Shown one piece after another: positions 1-10,152 of a DNA stretch of 64,000 bases. The stretch lies in the NCBI GenBank assembly GCA_965261545.1, contig CBDHDF010000007.1, positions 512,001 to 576,000 of the forward strand, written 5' to 3'. The DNA comes from Bdellovibrionales bacterium. Lineage in GTDB: Bacteria > Bdellovibrionota > Bdellovibrionia > Bdellovibrionales > UBA1609. A program made the translations under genes and the position numbers. The notes beneath the pieces were generated by a model. That model made no database searches and was not told the origin of the DNA. It saw only the letters and a list, made by a program, of their open reading frames with translations. Each line of letters opens with the position of its first letter. Within the stretch, counting starts at the first letter, position 1.

Positions 1-1
1 C

Positions 2-910
2 ATGGTGGCGCGCTCCTTTGCTAAACCCTTTGGGGGTCGCATGGGCCCATGGTTTCAAGAAAATTGGCCAGAAGGGGCTTCTCAATCCCAAGGCGAGCGA
101 ACCGACCCCCTCCTCCCACCTCGCAATAATACGGATGGCAGTGTTCCCAATCCCGAAGATAGAACTCGCCTCCCCAATTATTCTAGATTTCCAGGAGACC
201 TGCTGGGCTTGCAGTCCAGTCTCGCTCTGGCGGGATTGCAAGGAATGAATAGATCCAATCTGGGGGGGCTCAGGTTGAGCTATGGGGCCTATGGTCCTAT
301 TGCCGAAAACTTTGAACATGCAGCCTCCAATGATATTCTCCCCTGGGACTCCCAAAGCAACCAAGCCCCTCCCATTCGCAGGTATGAACTGGCGGCCATA
401 GCTCCCGACCTTTTCGACATCACCTACTACTCCATTGAACCCAACTTCAACAGCAACTACCTTCCCAAGCTACGTGCCAACCGAGGCCCCTTGAGAATTC
501 CCACCTCCATCACTATAAGAGGAGACCTAGGCACAAGAAAGCCTGAAAACACAAACTCTGTGAGTGTTCAATCCCAAATTCTCAGTGGTGTGGGCCTTCA
601 AAGACCAGAGGCCTTTTACTTTGTGAGAGATAAGACCCATTTACTCACCTCATGGCTCCCCAACAAAGAAGACTATCGATACGATGCCTTTAGCCAGGGT
701 CAACCTGTCACCGACTTTGGGAGGTGCCGACAGCCCGATGATACTCTTAATCTCAAAGTTCCTGGCTCCTGTGTGGCCGGGGGAGGACGCACAGGTTACT
801 CCGTCAAGTTTATCTCCAGGGATGCCCTTCTCAACGGAAGATTTCCCATCGGCGGACCCAATATTGTAGGCCCCATTGCCAACCCTCCTCCCGAAGATGA
901 AGGCTGGTAA
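2..910 (+). CDS. C-terminal part of a hypothetical protein (possibly Tad/TadG-like pilus-associated protein)
   Basis: 302-aa open frame running in from the window edge; the family guess rests only on recalled resemblance to Bdellovibrio proteins. Confidence 0.45.
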   Translation: MVARSFAKPFGGRMGPWFQENWPEGASQSQGERTDPLLPPRNNTDGSVPNPEDRTRLPNYSRFPGDLLGLQSSLALAGLQGMNRSNLGGLRLSYGAYGPIAENFEHAASNDILPWDSQSNQAPPIRRYELAAIAPDLFDITYYSIEPNFNSNYLPKLRANRGPLRIPTSITIRGDLGTRKPENTNSVSVQSQILSGVGLQRPEAFYFVRDKTHLLTSWLPNKEDYRYDAFSQGQPVTDFGRCRQPDDTLNLKVPGSCVAGGGRTGYSVKFISRDALLNGRFPIGGPNIVGPIANPPPEDEGW

Positions 911-1156
911 GCCCAGGCCTTGATTTCAAAATAATGTGTCGCGTCATCTTCTCCTGTTATCCGACCACCAGCGTATAAGGTTTGACTTTTGTTTTCTTTT
1001 TCGAGATAAATAAGCCATGAATTTTTATGACTTTTGGACTTTCATGTGGGCCCTTATAAAATTAACCTTCATAAAATCAAGAAACACAAAACCAAAATCT
1101 TTCTCTCCTATCACCTGTTCTTCACTCAAACAACTCCATCCTAATTATTTGCCTCC

Positions 1157-3103
1157 ATGTCCTGCGTAAAAATTCATCTTCCAGACAACTCCATCAAAGA
1201 ATTTGACCATGAACCCACTGTTTTAGAAGTGGCCAAGAGCCTTGGTCCACGACTGGCCCGTGACACCGTGGCCGGCCAACTCAACGGCACCCCTCAAGTG
1301 GTAGACCTGCGCACTCTCCTTCCCCATAATACGAAACTACGCATTGTCACCCATCGTGACCCCGAAGGTTTGGAAGTCATTCGCCATAGTGCCGCCCATA
1401 TTATGGCCGAAGCCGTTCAAGAGCTGTGGCCCAATATCAAAGTGACCCTGGGTCCCATCATTGAAAATGGCTTTTTCTACGACTTTGATTCCCCACAGCC
1501 CTTCACACCCGAAGACTTGGCAAAAATAGAAAAGAAAATGGCTGAAATTATTCAACGGGGAGAATTGATTCAAAGAAAGTTTTGGCCCACCGAGAAGGCC
1601 CTGTCTATCTTTGGCGAAATGGAAGAAAACTTTAAAGTAGAAATTATCAAAGACCTGGGCGTCTCAGAGGTGAGTGTTTACACCCAAGGCAAGTGGATGG
1701 ATCTATGTCGTGGCCCCCATTTACAAAAGACCAACCAAGTGACAGCCTTTAAGGTGCTGAGCACTGCGGGGGCCTACTGGCGAGGCGATGAAACCAAACC
1801 CATGCTTCAGAGAATCTACGCCACCGCCTTTCACGACAAAAAAGCTCTCAAGCAACATCTCCACAACTTGGAAGAGGCAAAGAAGCGTGACCACCGGAGG
1901 GTGGGCCGTGATCTCGGACTTTTTTACTTTCACCCCTCAGCTCCTGGCGCGCCTTTTTTTACGGGAAAGGGTACAGTGATCTACAATGAACTCCAAAATT
2001 TTATCCGTGAAAAGTACCAGGAATACGACTACCAGGAGGTCATCACACCCCAGGTCTTTGATGTGGATATCTACCATAAGTCGGGACATTACGAAAATTA
2101 CCGGGAAAACATGTATTTTACAGAGATTCATCAAAGAAATTTCTCTATCAAGCCGATGAATTGTCCAGGCCATTGTCTTCTCTACTCGGCAGATCAAAAA
2201 TCCTACCGAGACCTCCCTTGGAGGGTCGCTGATTTTGGACGACTTCACCGAAATGAAAGAACGGGGGTTCTCCACGGTTTGACGAGAGTGACTTCCTTTT
2301 CCCAGGATGACGCCCATGTGTTTTGCACCCTGGGCCAACTGTCATCGGAGATACCTTCTTTTATGAAGTTTTTAAATGAAGTTTATACCCAATTGGGAAT
2401 GGATGATTATAAAATCTTTTTTTCCACCCGTCCCGAAAAACGCATGGGTGATGACAAAATTTGGGATCAATCTGAGGAAATTTTGGAGTCGGCCTTGAAA
2501 GCTTCAGGGGTGGAGTACCAAATCAATGCCGGCGACGGAGCTTTTTATGGTCCCAAGCTCGATATTATGTTTGTGGATGCCTTGAAAAGGTCCTGGCAAC
2601 TGGGGACCCTACAATGTGATTTTAACATGCCCCAAGCCTTTGACCTTAAATACATAGGGGAGGACAATACCTCTCACCATCCTGTGATGTTGCACAGAGC
2701 TGTTTTAGGAAGCTTAGAGAGATTTATAGGAGTTTACTTAGAGCACAGAGCGGGGCAACTGCCCCTATGGCTAAGCCCCACCCAAGTGGTTCTCATGAGC
2801 TTGACGGACCACCAGTTGGAGGGCTGTCGATCTTTTGAGGAAAATCTCAAGGCCAAGGGGATTCGCGTTTTTCTTGATGGGAGAGCAGAGAAACTAGGTT
2901 GGAAAGTTCGGGAAGCTCAGCTTCAAAAAATTCCCTATATGTTGACATTCGGCCCTCGAGAAGTAGAAACAAACACTCTATCTGTGCGCCTCTTGGATGG
3001 AACCACCAAACAGGGCCTTTGCAAAGAGGAGTTTGTTAAAAACCTTGTTCATGAAATAAACACTCGTCAACAACAGGTGAATGGCTGGATGATGAGGTCA
3101 TGA
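1157..3103 (+). CDS. thrS: threonine--tRNA ligase
   Basis: TGS domain, RHSAAH, DLCRGPH, KPMNCPGH, GAFYGPK and HRAVLGSLERF motifs. Confidence 0.98.
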   Translation: MSCVKIHLPDNSIKEFDHEPTVLEVAKSLGPRLARDTVAGQLNGTPQVVDLRTLLPHNTKLRIVTHRDPEGLEVIRHSAAHIMAEAVQELWPNIKVTLGPIIENGFFYDFDSPQPFTPEDLAKIEKKMAEIIQRGELIQRKFWPTEKALSIFGEMEENFKVEIIKDLGVSEVSVYTQGKWMDLCRGPHLQKTNQVTAFKVLSTAGAYWRGDETKPMLQRIYATAFHDKKALKQHLHNLEEAKKRDHRRVGRDLGLFYFHPSAPGAPFFTGKGTVIYNELQNFIREKYQEYDYQEVITPQVFDVDIYHKSGHYENYRENMYFTEIHQRNFSIKPMNCPGHCLLYSADQKSYRDLPWRVADFGRLHRNERTGVLHGLTRVTSFSQDDAHVFCTLGQLSSEIPSFMKFLNEVYTQLGMDDYKIFFSTRPEKRMGDDKIWDQSEEILESALKASGVEYQINAGDGAFYGPKLDIMFVDALKRSWQLGTLQCDFNMPQAFDLKYIGEDNTSHHPVMLHRAVLGSLERFIGVYLEHRAGQLPLWLSPTQVVLMSLTDHQLEGCRSFEENLKAKGIRVFLDGRAEKLGWKVREAQLQKIPYMLTFGPREVETNTLSVRLLDGTTKQGLCKEEFVKNLVHEINTRQQQVNGWMMRS

Positions 3104-3168
3104 AAAAATAATGAAAAAAAATAACATAGAAAACATAAAAAGAAAAATTTCAAAACGAGGAGGAGTTT

Positions 3169-3960
3169 ATTAGAAGTCCAAAAAAAGGGCGTGGCAAGCC
3201 TATAAACAGAGGTGAAAAATATCGTATGAACCATGATGTGCATGCTCCAGAGGTTCGCCTTATTGATGAGCAAGGAGCCATGATGGGAGTGATGTCAAGC
3301 CACCAGGCCCTGAAAATAGCTGAAGATCGTAACCTCGACCTTATTGAGGTGGCCCCCAAAGCCACTCCCCCCACCTGCAAAATCATGGATTATGGCAAGT
3401 GGAAATACGAAAATAAGAAAAAAGAAAAGATCTCCAAGAAAAAACAAACAGTCATCGCCATTAAGGAAATCCAAGTTCGCCCAAGAACAGAGGATCACGA
3501 TCTTAACACCAAGTTAAAACACGCCCGCCGGTTCTTGGAAGAGGGCAGCAAAGTCAAAATTAACCTACGATTTTCAGGGCGTGAAATGGCCCACCAAGAA
3601 CTAGGCTTTAACTTGTTAAATAAAATCACCAAAATACTCGCTCGCTTGTCCACTGTGGAAACTCCTCCCAAGAGGGAAGGGCGCCAAATCTTTGTTCTTC
3701 TTGCACCTGATCCTGCCAAAATGAAAGAGCTTCAAAAGATGGAAAACAGCTTAATAGAGGACAGTTTAGAGGAAAATCATAATGCCCTTACTGAACATGA
3801 CAAACTCAATCAGGGAGCCCATGACAAATCAACTCAAAAAAGTGAAAAAACTTCTCCATCCGTAGGAGAAAAATCTCCATCTGTAGGAAAGGACACCATA
3901 GCCGATGCCCTCAAAGAGGCAACAACCTTAGTCTCTGCACCACCGAATGAGTCGAGATAA
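3169..3960 (+). CDS. infC: translation initiation factor IF-3 (probable ATT start, C-terminal extension)
   Basis: EVRLID...PPTCKIMDYGKWKYE and FSGREMAH motifs; follows thrS; in-frame ATT at 3169 just after a GAGGAGGAG RBS. Confidence 0.95.
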   Translation: MRSPKKGRGKPINRGEKYRMNHDVHAPEVRLIDEQGAMMGVMSSHQALKIAEDRNLDLIEVAPKATPPTCKIMDYGKWKYENKKKEKISKKKQTVIAIKEIQVRPRTEDHDLNTKLKHARRFLEEGSKVKINLRFSGREMAHQELGFNLLNKITKILARLSTVETPPKREGRQIFVLLAPDPAKMKELQKMENSLIEDSLEENHNALTEHDKLNQGAHDKSTQKSEKTSPSVGEKSPSVGKDTIADALKEATTLVSAPPNESR

Positions 3961-3993
3961 CTGGAACTCCAAAAGCCATAGTCGCCGAGGTAA

Positions 3994-4974
3994 ATGATGT
4001 GGAGTGCTGTTTTTCCAGGTCAAGGAAGTCAATTTGTGGGAATGGGGAAATTTTTTTTCGATAACTTTTCGTCAACGCGAGAGAAATTTGAAGAAGCCAG
4101 TGACACTTTAAGCTTGGATTTCAAAAAATTATGTTTCACAGGACCCGAAAAAGAACTCATTCTCACCTCTCAAGCCCAGCCGGCCCTGTTGCTAACTTCC
4201 GTGGCGGCCCACGAAGTGATCCAAGAAACAACAGCTATTTCCTTTCACTCCGCCGCTGGCCACTCCGTGGGAGAATATGCAGCCCTTGTCACTGGTGGAA
4301 GCCTCCAATTTCACCAAGCCCTTCAAGCCGTGAGAAAGCGAGGAGAGTTTATGCAATCGGCAGTTCCTCCAGGAAAGGGGGGCATGCTCGCTATACTGGG
4401 CCTTGAAGCCTCCCAAGTGAACGAACTCTGCCAATGGGCTGAAAAAGAGTCGGGCCTCTCCCCCCTAGAACCCGCCAATTTCAACTCTCCCACCCAAGTC
4501 GTCGTCAGTGGAACCACCCCTCTTGTGAAGTGGGTTCAAGAAAATGCATCACGCTTCTTAAGTCAACTCAACAAATCTACCAAACGAGTCAAATTCATCC
4601 CCCTCAAGGTCTCAGCCCCCTTTCACTGCTCCATGATGGAGCCTGCTGAAAAGAAAATGGCCCTTGTCCTAGAGAAAATGGAGTTTAAAAAGCCCCTCTA
4701 TCCCATTATTCAAAATCACACAGCCACTCCAACAACAGACCCCTCTCAACTGCGCACTCACCTCATTGCCCAAATTTCAGCTCCAGTTTTATGGGTCGAT
4801 TGCGTTAAAAAAATAAAAGAAACAGGAACGAAAAACTGCCTCGAACTCGGCCCAGGCAAAACCCTGGGGGGACTTATAAAAGCCATTGACAAGGAAAACA
4901 TAAAGACATTCCATATATCCTCTCTAAAAGACTTAAAAACTATTGAAGGACAAGTGAAGAAGGACAAGCCATGA
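3994..4974 (+). CDS. fabD: malonyl CoA-ACP transacylase
   Basis: FPGQGSQ, GHSVGEY and VSAPFHC motifs. Confidence 0.97.
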   Translation: MMWSAVFPGQGSQFVGMGKFFFDNFSSTREKFEEASDTLSLDFKKLCFTGPEKELILTSQAQPALLLTSVAAHEVIQETTAISFHSAAGHSVGEYAALVTGGSLQFHQALQAVRKRGEFMQSAVPPGKGGMLAILGLEASQVNELCQWAEKESGLSPLEPANFNSPTQVVVSGTTPLVKWVQENASRFLSQLNKSTKRVKFIPLKVSAPFHCSMMEPAEKKMALVLEKMEFKKPLYPIIQNHTATPTTDPSQLRTHLIAQISAPVLWVDCVKKIKETGTKNCLELGPGKTLGGLIKAIDKENIKTFHISSLKDLKTIEGQVKKDKP

Positions 4975-5726
4975 ATTTAAAGGGTAAAAATGTTTTAATC
5001 ACCGGAGGAAGCCGAGGCATAGGGGCTGGCATTGTCACTTTTCTCGCTCAACAAGGGGCTCGCATTGCCTTCACCTACACCTCTCGCCTCGAAGCCGCTC
5101 AAAGTATTCTTCAAAGTCTGCCGAATCAATGTCAGAGCCAAGGCCAAAACCATGCCCTTTTTCAAATGGATATTTCCAATGAAAGTTCCGTTTGTGAAAC
5201 CGTCGCTAAGATTCTCGCCGAATTTAGCCCCCTCCACGGTCTTGTCAACAATGCGGGAATCACCAAAGACCAACTGCTCCTTAAAATGAAAACCGCTGAC
5301 TTTGACGAGGTCATTCAAACCAATCTGAGGGGAACTTACCTGTGCACCAAATCTGTGCTCAAATCTATGATAAAGGCTCGCCAAGGATCCATTATCAACC
5401 TCACCAGTGTCATTGGGCAAAAGGGAAACCTTGGCCAATCCAACTATGCCGCCAGCAAAGCGGGCATTGAAGGCTTTTCAAAATCCATCGCCCAAGAGGT
5501 CGGCCGCCGCCATATTCGAGTCAATTGCGTCGCCCCAGGATTTATTGAAACAGAGATGACCCACGAGTTGAGTGAAAACCACAGGACCGACATCCTCCAA
5601 TCTATCCCCCTCGGACGCATGGGCCAAGTCTCTGATATTTCCCAAGTGGTGGCCTTCTTACTCAGTGATGGAGCAACTTATATCACCGGCCAAACTATCT
5701 CTGTCAATGGTGGCCTATATATGTAA
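4971..5726 (+). CDS. fabG: 3-oxoacyl-ACP reductase
   Basis: TGGSRGIG, NNAGIT and YAASKAG motifs; fab operon context. Confidence 0.97.
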   Translation: MNLKGKNVLITGGSRGIGAGIVTFLAQQGARIAFTYTSRLEAAQSILQSLPNQCQSQGQNHALFQMDISNESSVCETVAKILAEFSPLHGLVNNAGITKDQLLLKMKTADFDEVIQTNLRGTYLCTKSVLKSMIKARQGSIINLTSVIGQKGNLGQSNYAASKAGIEGFSKSIAQEVGRRHIRVNCVAPGFIETEMTHELSENHRTDILQSIPLGRMGQVSDISQVVAFLLSDGATYITGQTISVNGGLYM

Positions 5727-5981
5727 ATATTTGAAAGTAAATATTTGAAATTTAATATTATTGAGCGTAGGGTCATCAAATCCCTTGACAAACTAACTAA
5801 AAGCATAGAAAGAGGCTACGCAAGAAAGACAAGCAAGGCAAGAAAACAAAGAGACCTTGCCATTTAAAAAAGTTATGTAAGCAGTATGTATATATGTATA
5901 ATAGCAAATGGATGTAAAATTGGAATGTAACAGTTCAACACCCATCACCTAGGGTGAAGAACAAATGGGAGAAAATTCACA

Positions 5982-6275
5982 GTGTCTATTCAACCTAAAG
6001 TTAAAAAAATTATTGAAGAACAACTGGGAGTGGATTCAGAGCGCATTAAACCAGAAGCCTCCTTTATCGAAGACCTAGGAGCTGATAGCCTCGATATCGT
6101 AGAGTTGGTCATGGCTATGGAAGAAGAATTTGACCTTGAAATACCCGATGAAGATGCCGAAAACCTCAAAACTGTTCAAGATGTCTCCGACTATATCAAC
6201 ACCCATGCCCCCACAGACACGGAATCCCTTGATGAGGACGATGAAGAAGACGACGAAGACCTTGACGAACCCTAA
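5982..6275 (+). CDS. acpP: acyl carrier protein with acidic tail
   Basis: [14 protein letters not shown] motif; GTG start. Confidence 0.97.
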   Translation: MSIQPKVKKIIEEQLGVDSERIKPEASFIEDLGADSLDIVELVMAMEEEFDLEIPDEDAENLKTVQDVSDYINTHAPTDTESLDEDDEEDDEDLDEP

Positions 6276-6366
6276 CTTGTCACGATTGCAAAGCAACTTC
6301 ATACACATCACACTTATACACATATGATACACAGCATATTTACATGCGTCACATATTAGGAATAGG

Positions 6367-7638
6367 ATGATGCCTGAAAATACTTACACTCGCCAAGGCA
6401 AGACTCTCCGCCGGGTTGTGGTCACAGGAGTTTCGGCCATATCACCCCTCGCCTCAAACATAAAAGACACTTGGAGCAAGTTACTCAAAGGGAAATCTGG
6501 AATCCGAAATATTTCCTCTTTTGACTCCAGCCGCTTGAGTGTGCATATCGCTGGTGAAGCTCAAGATTTTCAACCCGATGACTACATTTCTAAAAAAGAA
6601 CAAAAGAAGATGGGGCGCTTTATCCACCTCTCCTTGGCATGCGCTCAAATGGCCCTCAAGGATTCAAACCTCGAAGTCAATGACTCCATAGCTTCACGTA
6701 TGGGCGTTCTTATAGGCAATGGCATCGGAGACCTGCCATTAATAGAAAAGCAAGTCCAATCTCTTATGGCCCATGGCCCTCGCCGGATCAGCCCCTTTTT
6801 CATCCCTTCGGTTCTTATCAATCTTGCAGCGGGGCAAGTGAGTATAGCCTTGGGCCTCAAAGGACCTAACTACTCTGTCACCTCCGCTTGTGCCTCGGGA
6901 AACCACTCCATTGGAGAAGCCTCTCGTTACATTGCCCACGGCCAATGTGATATTATGCTGGCCGGGTCATCAGAATCCACCGTAAGTGAGTTGGGCATTG
7001 GTGGTTTTGCCGCCATGAAGGCTCTTTCCCGACGCAATGACGAGCCCGAAAAGGCAAGCCGACCATGGGATCAAGATCGAGATGGATTCATTCTCAGCGA
7101 AGGAGCCGCCATTCTGGTTCTCGAAGATTTTGAGCATGCCTCTCGCCGTGGAGCCCCTATCTATGGGGAACTCACAGGCTATGGAGCCTCCTCTGATGCT
7201 TATCACTTGACAGCCCCCTCCCCCGAAGGAGAAGGCGCCGCCCTCGCCATGCACCGCTGCCTGGAGCAAGCAGGACTCAACCCCGAAGACATCGACTATA
7301 TCAATGCCCATGGCACGAGCACTCCCACAGGTGATGCCGTGGAAACCATGGCTATCAAAAAAATCTTTGGAGGCCACGCCAAAAAACTATGGATCAGCAG
7401 CACAAAAAGTATGACTGGCCATGCTCTAGGGGCGGCAGGAGCTATTGAGAGCGTTTTCAGTGTTATGAGCCTCAAACACAATGTCGTGCCTCCCACTATC
7501 AATCTGGACCAACCCAGTCCCTCCTGTAACCTCGACTATGTTCCCCATGTGGCCCGAGAAGGAAAGCTCCAGCATGTACTCAACAATAGCTTTGGCTTCG
7601 GGGGGACCAACGCATGCTTAATTTTCTCAAAGATTTAG
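6367..7638 (+). CDS. fabF: beta-ketoacyl-ACP synthase II
   Basis: SACASG, NAHGTST, KSMTGH and NSFGFGGTN motifs. Confidence 0.97.
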   Translation: MMPENTYTRQGKTLRRVVVTGVSAISPLASNIKDTWSKLLKGKSGIRNISSFDSSRLSVHIAGEAQDFQPDDYISKKEQKKMGRFIHLSLACAQMALKDSNLEVNDSIASRMGVLIGNGIGDLPLIEKQVQSLMAHGPRRISPFFIPSVLINLAAGQVSIALGLKGPNYSVTSACASGNHSIGEASRYIAHGQCDIMLAGSSESTVSELGIGGFAAMKALSRRNDEPEKASRPWDQDRDGFILSEGAAILVLEDFEHASRRGAPIYGELTGYGASSDAYHLTAPSPEGEGAALAMHRCLEQAGLNPEDIDYINAHGTSTPTGDAVETMAIKKIFGGHAKKLWISSTKSMTGHALGAAGAIESVFSVMSLKHNVVPPTINLDQPSPSCNLDYVPHVAREGKLQHVLNNSFGFGGTNACLIFSKI

Positions 7639-7641
7639 CCC

Positions 7642-8124
7642 ATGAAAGCTTTAGCACCGATGAAACTTTTTATCGCCAGTGACCACGGAGGCTTTTCCCT
7701 CAAAACTCACCTTCAAAAGGGCTTTCCCCTTGTGGAATGGATGGACCTAGGATGTGACTCTCAAGACTCTGTGGACTACCCCTACTATGCAGACAAACTT
7801 GTGTCACACATCCAAGAACAAGACAAAAAAGAAAAAAGCTCTCTCACTTCACTCCAAGTCCCCCAGGGAGTGCTTATCTGTGGGTCAGGGCAAGGCATGG
7901 CCATGCGAGCTAATAAACACCACCACATACGAGCTGCTCTTTGCTGGAATGAAATCTCGGCCTCTCTAGCACGCCAACACAACAACGCCAATATCCTATG
8001 TCTCGGAGGCCGCATCTTGTTCCCACCCCTCAGTGAGAAAATATTGAAAATATTTTTAGATACTCCCTTTGAAGGGGGCCGACACCAAAGAAGAATCAAC
8101 CAAGTGAAAGCACCCACCTCTTGA
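7642..8124 (+). CDS. rpiB: ribose-5-phosphate isomerase B
   Basis: ASDHGG, SVDYP, ICGSGQG, HNNAN and FEGGRH motifs. Confidence 0.95.
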   Translation: MKALAPMKLFIASDHGGFSLKTHLQKGFPLVEWMDLGCDSQDSVDYPYYADKLVSHIQEQDKKEKSSLTSLQVPQGVLICGSGQGMAMRANKHHHIRAALCWNEISASLARQHNNANILCLGGRILFPPLSEKILKIFLDTPFEGGRHQRRINQVKAPTS

Positions 8125-8193
8125 CAAAACTAAAGCCCTCAACGGCCTCACAAGTCCCATTTCCTTAACAAGTGGGGTTGATTGAATCTTTAC

Positions 8194-8991
8194 TTATTTT
8201 TGATGAATGGTGTGCTGCTCCCAACGAATTTGGATGGGCATGGATTTAAGCCTATTGACCACAATAGAGGCTTTGACCGGAGAAACCTTCAGTAACTCCA
8301 ACTCTCCATTGCGAACACCACCCATAATTTCACCAATATCCCACATAAACTGTGGATCGAGCAAGCTCTCTCGAATGGCTTCCAAAATATCTCCACTGTC
8401 GATACCACCAATGTAGATATTAAACCACATCACACCTTCGAGTCCCACTGAAACTTCAGAGTTGCCATACTCATTGATATCTAAGAAACCTTCCGAAGCT
8501 TCCTGAACAGGTGGCTCTGCCACCAAAGGCTCTGCCACTCCCTCCCTGTTTTCGCCTCCATGACCATCACCTCGCTCACTCCCATGAAATTCCTGTTCAA
8601 GGTGTTCATCCTCAGAGTTTTCACGCCCTAGGCTCTCACAATCAAGATTCTCATCCTCCTCAAGGTTCTCATTCTCAGGGCTCTCACTCTCAAGGTATTC
8701 ATGCTCAAGGCTCTCGCATTCAGAATTCTGTTCATACTCAAGGTCATCCTCTATAGAATCATAACCCATGGGCATAGCTGCAGTGATTTCTTCCCTAAGA
8801 ACCTCCTCAAGATTTTGCTGAGGGCCTCCTTCTTTAAAGCTTTCTTCTTTAAAGCTTTCTTCTTGAAGACTCTCTTTATGGGCTCGCAGGGAACCATCAA
8901 GTTCCACAAACAATGTGGCCCCACAGCCTTGGCATGTCGTCAAACCAAAGTCTTCTTCAATAATAGATTGACAATTGGGACAGTTAGATAT
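8194..8991 (-). CDS. hypothetical protein with N-terminal CxxC...CxxC zinc ribbon and acidic linker
   Basis: Frame stays open upstream of the called TTG (8943) through CPNC to an ATA at 8991 preceded by GGGGAG. Confidence 0.7.
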   Translation of the reverse strand: MSNCPNCQSIIEEDFGLTTCQGCGATLFVELDGSLRAHKESLQEESFKEESFKEGGPQQNLEEVLREEITAAMPMGYDSIEDDLEYEQNSECESLEHEYLESESPENENLEEDENLDCESLGRENSEDEHLEQEFHGSERGDGHGGENREGVAEPLVAEPPVQEASEGFLDINEYGNSEVSVGLEGVMWFNIYIGGIDSGDILEAIRESLLDPQFMWDIGEIMGGVRNGELELLKVSPVKASIVVNRLKSMPIQIRWEQHTIHQK

Positions 8992-9068
8992 GTGGTCTCC
9001 CCGTAGACTCCGTAGTGTGACTGAGCCTCCTTGAATCTCCCTAGATCTCTATACTATATGAGGAGACC

Positions 9069-10076
9069 TTGAAATACAACATTCTCTCTCTTACAACAGG
9101 TGATATCGACGGCATTGGAACAGAAGTCACAGCCAAGGCCCTTATTCACCTTGGGCCCGACCCCCAAATACGATACATTCTTTGCCGATCCCCCCACTGC
9201 CCTCAAAGCCACTTAAATCTTCTCAAAAAGCAATTCCACCTGGCAACAGTTCCAACTTGGGAAGATGCTTTCCATAGGCTCCATGAAACTTCCACTCCCC
9301 CCCACCATATCCTAGATCTTGTTATGCCTGAGCCACCCACCTTCTGGTTTGAAAAATCCGTGAACCTGTGCCTTGAAAAAAAGATAAGTGGCATTGTTAC
9401 GGGCCCCCTTTCCAAGATAGAAATGATGAAGTCAACCCCCCCTTTTCTAGGGCATACGGAGTTACTAAAGGCAAAAGTCATCAACTCCCACCCCTTTATG
9501 GCCTTTGTAGGCAAGAAATTCAATGTCCTATCCATCACAGGTCATATACCCTTTCAAAGTATCACCAAAATTCTCAGTGAGAGTCTTATCCTTAAGGGCC
9601 TCCAAAGTGCCAATGAACTGCGCCTGTCCCTCCCCTCCCATTTTAAGGAAAAGCCCCTGGGCGTCCTCGGGCTCAACCCCCACGCTGGAGAGGAGGGAAT
9701 CCTTGGCAATTTTGAAGAACAGGTCCTCAAACCCCTCCTTAAAAAAGTTCAGAAAAACCACCCTATTCCCCTTCGAGGCCCCCTTGTCCCCGATGCCGCT
9801 TTCTTAAGTAAATACTGGAGCCAATACTCTATCTACCTTTGCCTTTACCACGATCAAGGGCTCATTCCCTTCAAAATAATTCATGGACAAGATTCTGGTG
9901 CCCATATTACCATGGGGCTTCCCTTTGTTAGAACAAGCGTTGACCACGGCACAGCCAAAGAGCTTTTTAACTTAAATAAAGCCAACCCCAACTCAATGAT
10001 AGATGCTCTTAAGTGGGCTAAGTATCTTTTAGAGGGAAAAAAATTGAAGACTAAAGGTGAAGAGCAAAGACAATGA
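9069..10076 (+). CDS. pdxA: 4-hydroxythreonine-4-phosphate dehydrogenase PdxA family
   Basis: GDIDGIG, GHTE, GLNPHAGE, YHDQGLIPFK and RTSVDHGTA motifs. Confidence 0.93.
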   Translation: MKYNILSLTTGDIDGIGTEVTAKALIHLGPDPQIRYILCRSPHCPQSHLNLLKKQFHLATVPTWEDAFHRLHETSTPPHHILDLVMPEPPTFWFEKSVNLCLEKKISGIVTGPLSKIEMMKSTPPFLGHTELLKAKVINSHPFMAFVGKKFNVLSITGHIPFQSITKILSESLILKGLQSANELRLSLPSHFKEKPLGVLGLNPHAGEEGILGNFEEQVLKPLLKKVQKNHPIPLRGPLVPDAAFLSKYWSQYSIYLCLYHDQGLIPFKIIHGQDSGAHITMGLPFVRTSVDHGTAKELFNLNKANPNSMIDALKWAKYLLEGKKLKTKGEEQRQ

Positions 10077-10105
10077 TGAAGGTCAAAAGCAATGATAGAT
10101 GAGGT

Positions 10106-10130
10106 CAATGCCGTTTCCTTAAGAAAAATC
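10106..10130 (+). mobile_element. IS4-family left-end fragment (25 bp)
   Basis: CAATGCCGTTTCCTTAAGAAAAATC, identical to the starts of the copies at 10551 and 22901. Confidence 0.85.
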
Positions 10131-10152
10131 GGGACTGTAAAAATAATTGTGT
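10131..10152. mobile_element. IS256-family terminal repeat fragment (22 bp)
   Basis: GGGACTGTAAAAATAATTGTGT, identical to the IS256 end at 28081. Confidence 0.85.
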
